NCBI GenBank assembly: GCA_002269645.1
Contig: NIVC01003888.1
Coordinates: 1 to 27,937, forward strand
Direction of reading: 5' to 3'
DNA length: 27,937 bases
Source of the DNA: Macrostomum lignano
Taxonomy: Eukaryota
This document shows, in pieces, positions 1 through 10,599 of this stretch. Each line of letters starts with the position of its first letter. The first letter of the stretch is position 1. Under the pieces are notes generated by a model. That model was not told where the DNA came from and searched no databases. It worked only from the letters and a program-made list of their open reading frames with translations. The translations under genes were made by a program, and so were the position numbers.

Positions 1-1463
1 TTTTTATAAGCCTTATTTGAAACACTTAAAGGAATTATGGCATCAAATGAACCCAGTGAAGCCATTTGGGAATACCCTTTTATGGATTTCCCACGCCACT
101 ACCAAAGCATGTAAAGCTTTTGTTATTAATTGGGAGGTTGACCATAGACTATATTATAGCTTTTCAACGTCAAATATATAGAGGGGGCCTAGGCTAATAA
201 CAAACAAGTTTTGAAGCATATAATTAGTGCCTAATAAAGCTCAAGTCTCTTAAAATAGCTATTTGTACTTCAAATAGTTTGTACCATACTTTTCTAGAGT
301 CAAAACAATTTAATAAATAGAACTTGACAATTGTCATTAGACCTAGTCACCTAGGGCCTATATTACATTCTAATGTTATATTGTTATATTATATTATAAA
401 AGTCATACTGATAAAGGCCTAGGCCCATTATAAAATGGAAATTATACTGCTTCCTTGATTCAAAATGGACAGAAATAGATTAAAAGTAACAGTAGTAGGC
501 CTAGGCCTAATAATATTAGGCTAGTAAGTGGCTACAGCTGAGCTGAACAGCCAGTTTAACCTTGTAATAGTAGTTAATCTGTAGAAGTGGCCTATTCTAT
601 ATATTTTTGCAAGGACCACGTTGCATACAGTGTATATACCACTTGTATACAGCGGTCTTTGTATTTTCGTTTTGTGATAAATCTGTTGTGTTGACTGTTG
701 TCTCAACGAATTCTGTTCTATGAACTTCTTAAAATTTAATTTGAACGAATTTAAATGCTTGAGGTATAGGCCCTGCAAAAGTAATTAAAAGTAAGTAACT
801 ATACTTATAAAGTATTTAAAATGGAAATAACAAAAAGGAAACGAAGTACGTAGATGCGCGATAAAAAACAATAGCAAGAAAAACAAGTCGGTATAAAATT
901 TATTGTCGCATCCGAACGAACGAAACTTCAGAATTTCAAACGAAAATGCAAATTAAAAAAGTTAGGGAAACAAAAATTCAGCTATAGAACTTAAAAAGCG
1001 TTTAACTTTTTATAGCAATAAACCTAGTCTACATACATTTTATTTTTACAGAAAAGATCATATCTAAAGCGAATTATTGTATACTTTGTTAGGACTCTCT
1101 TAAACTGACTGTTATAAAACTGCCCAAAAGAAAACCCCACGCGGTGTTGACTTGTTTGAAATGTTGAAGCAAACGTTGAGCTAATGTTGAGCTAAGAGTG
1201 ACGAAAGTTTGCGTTAGGCAAAAAATAAGACAATTTTGATAATAACAATATTACATAAATTTGACTTTATATTTTTATTGAATTTTTTTATTTATTTATG
1301 CTTTGATTAGTTTAGCACTGGAAACCTGCATTTAAAATTCTAAATTGTTTATATCATAGGCCTAAGGGATATGTGCAAAACATTATATTATAACATCAAA
1401 TTCTTTAAATCATGGGTATTAAATTAATGTTCTATTAATTAGTTTGCAACTGTCAGGAGCACA

Positions 1464-1580
1464 ACATTTGCCTACCAGAATTTTGCCCTCCAACATTTGC
1501 CTGATGGAAGTTTGCCCAGTTACATTTGCCCACCAAAGTTTGCCTGCCGACATTTGCCTGCCAGAAGTTTGCCTGCCAAC
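1464..1580. repeat. Degenerate ~15-bp tandem repeat built on a TTTGCC core
   Basis: Eight TTTGCC occurrences at ~14-16 bp spacing (acatttgcctaccag / aagtttgcctgccga ...). Confidence 0.7.
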
Positions 1581-1825
1581 CTTTTTGCACCAAAATTCAT
1601 CAGATTAAGCTGTATATGGCATTGCATTTGCATGTGATTGCTCTAGAAAGAATAGAATAGAAAGAATAATTGCATACAATGTAAACTCTTGTCCCTTTCA
1701 AGTGGGGGACTGTGGCATAAGGGCTTAGTCGGAGGGGTGTCAATAGAGAGCTTCATTTGCTTCACACATAGACCAAGGAAAATTAAATTGATAAACAGGC
1801 ATTACTTGATTTCGATTAGAATTTA
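1580..1825. repeat. Dispersed repeat family A, copy 1
   Basis: Colinear with 5531-5845: shared AAATTCATCAGATTAAGCTG, purine microsatellite, CATACAATGTA, CAAGTGGG, CATAGACCAA.GAAAATTA.ATTGATAAAC, GATTAGAATTT. Confidence 0.8.
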
Positions 1826-1860
1826 GCATTAGGGCCTAAGATTAGTTGTTTAATAGCACA

Positions 1861-1945
1861 TTTGTGACGCCTGTTTATTGATCTAATTTTCCTTGGTCTG
1901 TGTATGCAGCAAATGAAGCTCTATTGACGCCCCTGCCCCTCCAAC
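1861..1945. repeat. Dispersed repeat family A, inverted partial copy (right arm of a foldback)
   Basis: Reverse complement (ggagggg...gtcaatagagcttcatttgc...agaccaaggaaaatta...ataaacaggc) matches 1731-1800. Confidence 0.8.
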
Positions 1946-2466
1946 CCAAAAAGAAACTTCCGGTGGGCAAAATTCTCGAGGGCAAACGTCATAGACCCGC
2001 AACTGTCAAAACAACTGAAGTTAGCAAGTCTTTGATTGTTATGCAATCTTAATTGGAGTGTTTATTATTATCTTTATTGTTTGTTTCTCCTTTTAGATTT
2101 TTTTAGATTTCATAAGCCACCCCAATTTTGGTCTTTTTTATGGTTTTTATCTCCTTCTAGATAAATAGTTTTAGGTTTTTTTGGTATACTCATATTGCCT
2201 ATACTTAGGCCTAGTTCTATCTTTGTCTATATACTAGGGGTATATTTCTTTCTTTACAAATGATTCCACAATGCCACCAAAGTTATAACAGTGGTGTTTC
2301 CTCTTACTGAAATTAACCCACCATTATGTCACCAAGCTCTGCTAGGGCTAACTTCTTACCAAACATGCACAACAGTCAGCCGAGTCGACTGATCCTGCCG
2401 ACTGATTTGGCAGCCAACCAAGGAAGTCGCAAAAATTCCCACCCAAAAAATACCAAAGTAGTAGTA

Positions 2467-2533
2467 CTAAGTAGCTGATGAGGCATTTTTACTTAATAAG
2501 ACTGTCTTAGTTACTCCTGCTGTTTACCCAAAG
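2467..2533 (-). repeat. 28S rRNA-derived fragment (helix 69-71 region), copy 1
   Basis: Minus strand GGGTAAACAGCAGGAGTAACTA...AAATGCCTCATCAGCTACTTAG versus conserved eukaryotic LSU GGGTAAACGGCGGGAGTAACTA...AAATGCCTCGTCATCTAATTAG (20/22 and 19/22 by eye). Confidence 0.7.
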
Positions 2534-2762
2534 TTGCGTTAATTTTTCGTTAGGGTTTTTTTACATGTAAGTTGCATTTTTGGCCAAAAACTACGTCGCA
2601 TTTTTGTTAAAACTAAGTTGCATGGCCAACCAAATTTTGAAGGTTGTATATGTATGCTTCTTACACTAATCTTTAAGTTGGTAGCTGCCACCAGGATTAT
2701 CCTATTAATAAATTATGAGTTTATCAATCTTAGAATAATCCAAGAAACATTTCTTAGAATTG

Positions 2763-2870
2763 ATCTGAGTATATATCTTAGTATTTAGTCTGAGTATTTA
2801 GTCTGAGTATTTATCTAAGTATTTAGTCTGAGTATTTATTTGACTACTTAGGGGCCTAGTCTGAGTATTA
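2763..2870. repeat. Short 13-bp tandem repeat (AGTCTGAGTATTT), ~5-6 degenerate units
   Basis: Direct reading of repeated agtatttagtctg units. Confidence 0.75.
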
Positions 2871-3679
2871 TTCTTGGAAACTATTAGCCTTTATAAGTAT
2901 TATTCCTCTGTTATTCTAGTAGCGTTTATTATTCTGGTAGCATTCTACTTAATAATTTGGCCTGAGCGGTATTTTGGCTTACTGGTATATGTATTTCATG
3001 CACTTTGCAAGTCCTTGGGCATTACCGAGATCAGAGGGTCATAGCCTCCAGTTATTCTTACATGTATCACTTTAGATTTACTTTATATTCTCTTACTACT
3101 CAATACTGCTACTTTTCAATAGTATGTACTGTATACGCTTCAGTCTATTTCACTTTTCTGCAAATGAGTAACTTGAAAACAATCCTCAATTATATTTGCT
3201 TGGAACACTTCTTAACCTTGATAATTGCTTAACTGCAAGAGGCAACTCGAGACAAGGAACAAGTCTGGTTCTCTCTCAGCAAAATTCGCTTCTATTTATA
3301 CTATAATTTGCTACAGTTTTAAACAAAAATTAAATTGTCAAGTTATTTTCAAAAAAGTGCTTATTATAACAAAATATGTTTCTTAGTTTTTCACACAAAT
3401 TTGAATGACAGTTTCGATGAATAAAACATACTAATAGAACAAAGAATAAAGAATAATTGCCTGCCTCATCTAATTTTTGGGGTCTATTATATTTGAGGAT
3501 GGCAAGATTTGGGTTAAAAGGCTAAAATTAAGAGGTGTACAATAGATTCAAGGCTGTTAGTAAATACTTTAAATAGTAGCCATATCTTTTTGGCTTGGGT
3601 TAACATCTCAAATTATAGGGGTAAAAGTATGTGTTTGGGATCTTGCATTGCAAGAAAAAAGGAGTTGGGGCTGAGGGAT

Positions 3680-4250
3680 TTCTTTGTTTGGGGTCTCGGT
3701 CTTTGACTCATTGCTTATTTCATTCTTTTTTTCTATTATAGTTTCAATCCCTTCTTCCTCTGTCTCTCTAACATCCTCATCTCTTAGTTGGCATCTCCAA
3801 TTAATTTCTTCCTCAGATGATTTATCAGATTCTAAATATTCAAATGGTCTTGGAAAATTTAGCTTTAGGATTTTCTGGCAAAGGTTGGCTTTCCTTAACT
3901 AAGAATTGTTTCTTGAGTCTAGTAAAAGTGGAAGCAGAGGTAGAATTGAGGGCAGAAGTAGGAGCAGAAGTGGAATTGGTAGCACTTCCCTGGCTTTCCT
4001 TAGGGATTTGTTTTATGGCTGAATTTGGCACAGGAAGTAAATTATTACATTAATAGCCATTATTGCAGACAGTGTCTAGTGCAGATTGGCTCTTGATAGT
4101 ATAGGTACAGTCTGGCACAGTTTGGCATAGAGAAGGGGGATATCTAGTGCAGTTTAGACCTTGGTTGCAATAGTGTAAAAAAACTTGTTTCTTAGATTAT
4201 AAAATATTTTGGCAAACCATTTTTAGAATATGGAAATATTTTGGCCATTA
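3680..4250 (-). mobile_element. Decayed coding-like relic, probably transposon-derived
   Basis: Minus frame reads as Ser/Thr-rich then acidic protein-like text (PNSAIKQIPKESQGSATNST...ESDKSSEEEINW) broken by stops; region is CpG-free. No family motif recognised. Confidence 0.3.
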
Positions 4251-5530
4251 TTTAATCTTAGCTATATACTAAACAACAATTGCTCAGTATCCTAGATTAA
4301 TTTTCTATTAGAAAAGAGAAACATAGGCTGAGTATGCAGTTTATATAGCTGAAAATTGGAAAGTTAGAATGTCAAAAGGTATACCCTGTGAATATATATA
4401 TAAGTGCTTATCTATATATGTTATCTATATGCTAGTATCTCAGTGGAGCAAATGCTATTATGCCCCATTATATATATTTATAGACTAGATTAATGGATCC
4501 TAGTATGCACCTTACTATTTCCTAGCCTTGCTGCTTCAATGAACTTTTAATTTTAATATTAATTGTAATTTACAATTTTATCTAACCTTAATTTCATAGT
4601 CAATAATTTCTGTCCATTTCCTCCTAGTTCATATATCAAAATCTCTGCATCATTGTTGCTAGAGCTTGTGTAATTCTAGTCATAATCTGGGTCATTGTTG
4701 GCCTTCTGAAAATAGGCAAAGCCTTGCATTGACTGACATTTGCAGCACATACTAAATGCTTTCTGATATCCACAGAATTAGTCAATATAACTAGTTCTAC
4801 CAGTGAACAAGCCAAGCCTGGCGCCACCTTTGGCGGTCCCGGGCAAGAGCGAGAGAACCCGAGGCCCCGCCAGGGGCCGACGGCAAGTGAATAATTTCTA
4901 CCCCATAGAAAGTATTTATGTGCAAATAAGTTAGACCGCAATGCATTTTGAAATTTCAGTTTTGCAGTTTTGGTGGGTTTTTTGGGTTAAAAAATGACCT
5001 TCATTTTATTATTTTGCCCCTTTTTCCTACGAAGCTTTTTGAGTTTGGGCTTCAAAGCAGTGCAGTTGGATGCGCAATGCAAAAATCTTTTTAAAAGAAT
5101 GGTAGATCAAATTTGGATACTGCAACAAGTTGTACTAATGTCTGGCTAAAATCAACCAAGTTTTTGAGTGTCTGCAACAAGTGCTCATGTGTCAAAAGTG
5201 ATTGGAAATCGATCAGAGTAGTGATTTTTTAATATTTTGCTTGAAATCAGGCAAAATAATGCAATAAGACGGCATTATTTTTATGATGGCTGATTTCCCA
5301 CATAACAAGGCATATTTGTGTGCAATTTCTAGAGATTCGGTTCATTGGGGAAAAAATTATCGATAAAAAATTGAAAACTTGACTTTTTACTTTTATGTTA
5401 GTTCCGGGGCTTTTTAAACCGGAAATGGTAGGAATTTTGCACTGAAACCAATGCACAGTGTTCCATATAGATAATTTAACAAATTTCTTGAATTTCATAA
5501 CCATGTGATGTTTTTTTCATGTAAAAAATG

Positions 5531-5845
5531 CCTTTTTTGCATCGAAATTCATCAGATTAAGCTGCATACCGCTTTGCATAATCTGCATTTGTATTTGCAT
5601 GCGATTGCTTGCATGGCTTTGGCATTGGGCTGAGTTAAGCTGGTTAGAAAGGAAAGGAAAAGAAAGGAAAGGAAGGAATATTTGTACATACAATGTACAC
5701 ACCCGTCGCTTCCAAGTGGGATTGTGGCAATGTGAGAGGGCTTGGCGCTTTGGTTGGGAGGGTGTGTAATATAGCTTCATGTGACTCGCGCATAGACCAA
5801 AGAAAATTAGATTGATAAACGGGCGTCACGTGATTAGAATTTTGT
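5531..5845. repeat. Dispersed repeat family A, copy 3 (with GAAAG microsatellite)
   Basis: Colinear similarity to 1580-1825; retains CpGs that copy 1 has lost. Confidence 0.8.
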
Positions 5846-6342
5846 AATTAATTTAGCTCTTTAACTGCACATTTGAATTGCAAGCCCAGTACAAAGTTTA
5901 GCGAGGGCAAGCTCCAAGTCACTACGTGTACAATCCTCCCCAGACTAAAAGGCTTATGTCCCTTATGAAGTAGCTATGTACAGTGTTTTGGAATGACTTT
6001 ATTTATAGCTTTCTTAGCAACCACGTTGGAGAAGAAGCTTTGGCGTTAGGGTATCTCCTAATATACTTCTTCTAATATACTAAATCTCTAAGGTTTATAT
6101 GTTTGTCCATAATAGTGTACTATCTGTTTGAGAGTACAAGTTTTATGTCCCACAAAACTGGCCTGACTTTCCAAGCTCTTAAGGCTCTTAAGCTGATGCT
6201 AAGAGCCAAAACAACCAGAACCAGCTTAATGGGGTGGTATATCCATGCTACGCTCTGGAGACTTTAGACATTTTTTTATATTGAGGCCTTCGATGGCCTA
6301 TTATAGAAGATTCCAGCTCATGGCTGCAGGTCAGATGAGACA

Positions 6343-6467
6343 GGGAGAAAAAAATGAAAGAGAATAGAGGGAGAAAAGAAGAAATAAGAAATAAGACAAG
6401 AGAGAAGTGAGAGAAGAGGGGGGAGACTAGAGAGAGATTAGAGAGAAGAGAAACAGAATAGACAAAG
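6343..6467. repeat. GA-rich low-complexity purine tract
   Basis: Almost entirely A/G on the + strand. Confidence 0.7.
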
Positions 6468-6839
6468 AATTTTTTTGAGCTTCTCAAAGTTATTTTTCAT
6501 TGGTACAAAACTAGGTTTATCAAGTTGTATGAAAACCCACATCTAAAAAGAAGCCCGTTCACTAGTGGCAAAAAGACGTGTGCGTCTTCATACTACTTGT
6601 GTTGTTGATATTACATTTGTACTAGATACCTAGTAAGCAGTTGCATAGATCCTATGAGTTAGGGTTGCTAATATAGTGGCAGTACATATTGCAAATAGAT
6701 GCAAGAAAAATGCACTTAGCAGCTAATATCAGTGTTTTTGTTGGGCTTCCAGTTTGCTATTCTTTATCATTTGTTTGTAGAAAAGTGATAGCTACATAAA
6801 AAGGATTCTACAAATATTGTCTAAAGAAAAGTTACCATT

Positions 6840-7340
6840 GACTAATTCTGCCACTGAAACATGTCTATTGGACCTGTCCCAAAGCCAAATACTAAATGCT
6901 TTTAGGAAATTGAGATGTCTATAATCACTGCCTCTTCAACCACTAGAGCCATCATTGTAGCTTGAATTATTGTGGTAGCTTCTTCATTTACTGCCACTTC
7001 CACCTTAGCTTTTGCTTCCTTTGTCACTTATTTCTATCTAATTTTTGCCTGATATCAAGTATTCAGACAGTGGGTATAGCTTTGCCAATGTCTCAAGCAG
7101 TTGTTTATTCACTAGCTAAAATTGTGAAAGCTGCTTCTTAGTGCTATCCTAAAAGTGATGTGTTTATTATAAGCCACTTGATGATTCTGTCTTTTTTGCC
7201 AGAATTTAAAAACACTAAGCTCACCTTTTCTTGATTAAAATTATGGTTGCTCTAAAAAATTGTGGCAGCACAAGAGCTAGGATATCCTTGAGTGTCTTCT
7301 TTTTCTTAATTGATTCTTGAGCAAATACAAGGCCTAGTGA
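6840..7340 (-). mobile_element. Decayed coding-like relic, probably transposon-derived
   Basis: Minus frame: ...QLSQF*LVNKQLLETLAKLYPLSEYLISGKN*IEISDKGSKS*GGSGSK*RSYHNNSSYNDGSSG*RGSDYRH; stops sit where Q or R codons would restore sense. Confidence 0.3.
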
Positions 7341-8473
7341 ATCCAATGAGTCATCTAATACAACCTAAACATATAGTTAGTTCTATAATATGTACAATAT
7401 ATATGATGAATATGAATATCTAAGATGTATGACCAAGTCAATTATTGAACTTAAGTCAATAATTAATGTCTATAATTGTCACAATTTAGTGAATTTTCAA
7501 CTAATTAGTTGAATAATTAGTTGATAAGTTAAGCTTATAATTAAATAGAACTATTAAACAACAAAGAAGCTTATCTAGACAATAGGTGCAGCAAAGTGCT
7601 GTCTTTTGTAGAGTCCTTTACAGTACTATTTCTCAGTACTAACTTTCAAAGCAAGCACTCTGAGTTTTCCAACTCTTCCAGCAGAATCAGATGCTTTTTG
7701 TTTGTTTTAATAACCTGTATATTGGCTTTGAAAATGACAGAAAACTTCATGATAACAAAAAACTCATCTTCTTATATAGAGTGACAGCTTATTTAGGAAA
7801 ACATAAGCAAGGCTGCAGCTTTGAAAGGTTGGTGTAGAGAAATCTCATTGGTTGCCAATATAAGTCCAAGCATTGATGAACACAAGAACCAATTTCTATT
7901 AGGTCCTAATAATATTTTATGTTAAGAAAATAGAACATTTCTAAACATTGATAGTATGACAATCATCATTTTTTACTTTTTACTACTTGCTAAAGTGCTT
8001 AAATTTAGTACTTTCTAGTTTCTAATCTAAGCATATTGAAAATCCGGTCTTAGTCTACTGATATGGCTAATATTGATTAGTTTTCTTGGATTTCGCTTAT
8101 TTATAATGTATTAAAATTGGCAGAATTGCTGCCTTTGAAAATCCTGAAAGCTAATTGAGATAGAGACATGATTATTTCTGCACAAGACACCAACTAGCCA
8201 AATCTAAACATCTATTTGAAAATCAGGTCTAAGTCTATGGATACAACTTGGCAATTCCTGTTAGATTTTTCCTGATTTCTCTTATCTTGCTTGTATTTCT
8301 TTAGAATTCTTGAACAACTTCAAAACACATTCATTAAAATGAAATTTCACAATCTTTAGCAGTCTTTTTATTGACAGTTGCCTATTGTCAGTAGCATTTT
8401 AGAAACATTTTTGACTGCAAAACATTCTAACAAAGTAGCACTGTGAAAATTCTGAAAAACTTGGCTTCGAAAG

Positions 8474-9286
8474 TGTAATGTTCTGGCGTCCAGCACTATC
8501 TGTTGGACTGGGCGCCACTGCTTCACTGGGAAGTGCTATAAATATTCAAATCACCAGACTTTACTTATGTACAAGTACTACTGATGTGTTCCTTATTACT
8601 GAGACCTTTCTCGGTAATCAAGGAACAATCACTTCTAGCCACTGCTAGGAAACCCAGTAATCAACTGAAGGTATTGCTTACCTTGAGTACGTTGACTTCT
8701 CGTGGTTAGTTCTCCGGAACTTCTTGTCTTCTACTGGTGCAGGCGCCTGACTTCTGTAGTTCCAGTCCAAAGTCTATTTCAGTCTCTCAAATTGTCTTCG
8801 GCTGGTATCTATCGTGTGGACCAATCAGAAGCTTCGTATTAACAATGGGGATCCCTGCGCCTTAATGCGGTTTCAAATAAGCCTTTTCCTTCTAGCGGTG
8901 TCTTAATGCACCCTAGGTATCGCTCCGGTATTCACTGATAGTCCTCTAAGATCTAGCAGGGTAGTCCTGGAGACTACAACCAATGGAGTCACAAATGGAC
9001 TCAAGAGTCTCAACAGACTCTAACACTATAACAATAGTGAGTCGACTCAAACAACGGGCGCAAATGAGCAAGGCTTACTGCAACAACTCGACTGAGTCTC
9101 GATTGACTTGGTGATCAGGAAGTCCTCCTAAGGCTTCCTCTCGGAGCTTCTCCTATCGTCGGGAGTTGGCTCCGGGTCCGCTTCGGACCACTTGTATTTA
9201 TAGGCAAATGGACCTCTCTCGAGGTCGTCCATGATTTTTTTCGTAAATGTCAAAGGGTCACGCTTTGGTTGCTGTCAAGCATGACA
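8474..9286. mobile_element. LTR-like retroelement relic (possible solo LTR, ~810 bp)
   Basis: Ends TGTAATG ... CATGACA (TG..CA, 6/7 inverted match); GC/CpG-richer than flanks; TATA boxes at 8537-8543 (+) and 9196-9202 (-); PBS-like TGGCGCCCA on - at 8509-8517. No target-site duplication found; orientation unresolved. Confidence 0.35.
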
Positions 9287-9522
9287 GGGTAGAATGAGGG
9301 AGGTAGAACACTACACTACAAGCACAAGGTTTAGTAGTTAACAATATGAGCTACATTTGAATTGTATATAAAAATAAATTGTTTCTATGCTTAAAGCTTT
9401 TCTGTGTGGTAGAAAAATAAGTGTTTTATTTCTGTCACTGTCCATTTAAGGCACTCTCTGCTTATTTAATTGTCTGCACATCTGAGCAACTGATTGTTCC
9501 TTTCTTCATGCTATAGAGCACC

Positions 9523-9621
9523 ATGTCTAAGCGCAGCACATCTCGTTCTACTAAGTTCCGTGTCTCGCTAGGCCTTCCAGTTGGGGCCGCCATCAACTGT
9601 GCCGACAATAGTGGAGCCAAG
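9523..9621 (+). CDS. RPL23: 60S ribosomal protein L23 (uL14), divergent copy, coding exon 1
   Basis: ATG at 9523; [33 protein letters not shown] matches the uL14 N-terminus; donor AAG|GTATGT at 9621/9622, phase 0. Confidence 0.93.
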
Positions 9622-9645
9622 GTATGTTATTAATGTACCAGAATT

Positions 9646-10114
9646 AGTTGCTTGGCCAGTCTCCCAGATCCTCAGTTTCTGGGCCAGTCTCCCAGATGCT
9701 CAGTTGCTGGGCCAGCCTCCAAGATCCCCAGTTGCTGGGCCAGCCTCTCAGATCCTCAGTTACTGGGCCAGCCTCCCAGTGTCAGTTGCCGGCCCAGCCT
9801 CCCAGATCCTCAGTTACTGGGCCAGCCTCCAAGATCCTCAGTTGCTGGGCCAGCCTCCAAGATCCCCAGTTGCTGGGCCAGCCTCCCAGTGTCAGTTGCC
9901 GGCCCAGCCTCCCAGATCCTCAGTTGCTGGGCCAGCCTCCAAGATCCTCAGTTGCTGGGCCAGCCTCCAAGATCCTCAGTTGCTGGGCCAGCCTCCAAGA
10001 TCCTCAGTTGCTGGGCCAGCCTCCAAGATCCTCAGTTGCTGGGCCAGCCTCCCAGATCCTCAGTTGCTGCGCCAGCCTCCCAGATCCTCAGTTGCTGGGC
10101 CAGTCTCCAAGATC
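9646..10114. repeat. 28-bp minisatellite inside the RPL23 intron (~17 units)
   Basis: Unit CCCAGATCCTCAGTTGCTGGGCCAGCCT; a 26-bp variant unit recurs at ~9775 and ~9885. Confidence 0.95.
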
Positions 10115-10281
10115 TACAACGTAGAATACTCGTATATACAGAGTCGTCTTAATCCCTCAATATACTACTAGTGATAGAGTAGAAGTTAGCGCTCCTGCGC
10201 ATTGAGAAGTGTATAGGCATTTGTTTATTTTTCTAAAAAAACGGTTACTATTATTACTTATCAATCAATCAACAAACCCAG

Positions 10282-10599
10282 GTGCTCAACCTGTTCGCCG
10301 TCACTGGCATCCGCGGCCGATTAAACCGTCTGCCAGCTGCCGGTGTCGGCGACTTGATCGTCTGCAGCGTGCGCAAAGGCAAAGCCGACCTGCGCAAGAA
10401 AGTCATCCTGGCCGTTATCATCCGACAGCGCAAATCTATTCGGCGAAAAAATGGCGACATTATCTACTTTGAAGACAATGCCGGGGTCATTGTTAATAAC
10501 AAGGGTGAGATGAAGGGCTCAGCTGTCACTGGCCCAGTTGCTAAGGAAGCCGCGGAGCTGTGGCCTAAAATTGCTTCGAGTTGCACCTCCATCAAGTGA
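10282..10599 (+). CDS. RPL23: 60S ribosomal protein L23 (uL14), divergent copy, coding exon 2
   Basis: Acceptor CCCAG|GTG at 10281/10282 in phase with exon 1; [45 protein letters not shown] motifs; stop TGA at 10597-10599; total 138 aa. Confidence 0.95.
   Translation: MLNLFAVTGIRGRLNRLPAAGVGDLIVCSVRKGKADLRKKVILAVIIRQRKSIRRKNGDIIYFEDNAGVIVNNKGEMKGSAVTGPVAKEAAELWPKIASSCTSIK

Noticed and set aside
1094-1104. GACTCTCTTAA, an 11-mer identical to the 28S R2 target core
   Set aside because: No flanking 28S similarity; noticed post hoc and compatible with chance.
2475-2530. CTGATGA (and CTGACGA at ~12533) as possible hammerhead ribozyme cores
   Set aside because: No stem II closing onto a GAAA; the 2475 match is explained by the 28S-derived fragment.
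9581-10171. Three overlapping 158-196 aa ORFs
   Set aside because: Translations of the 28-bp array inside the RPL23 intron; no independent coding signal.
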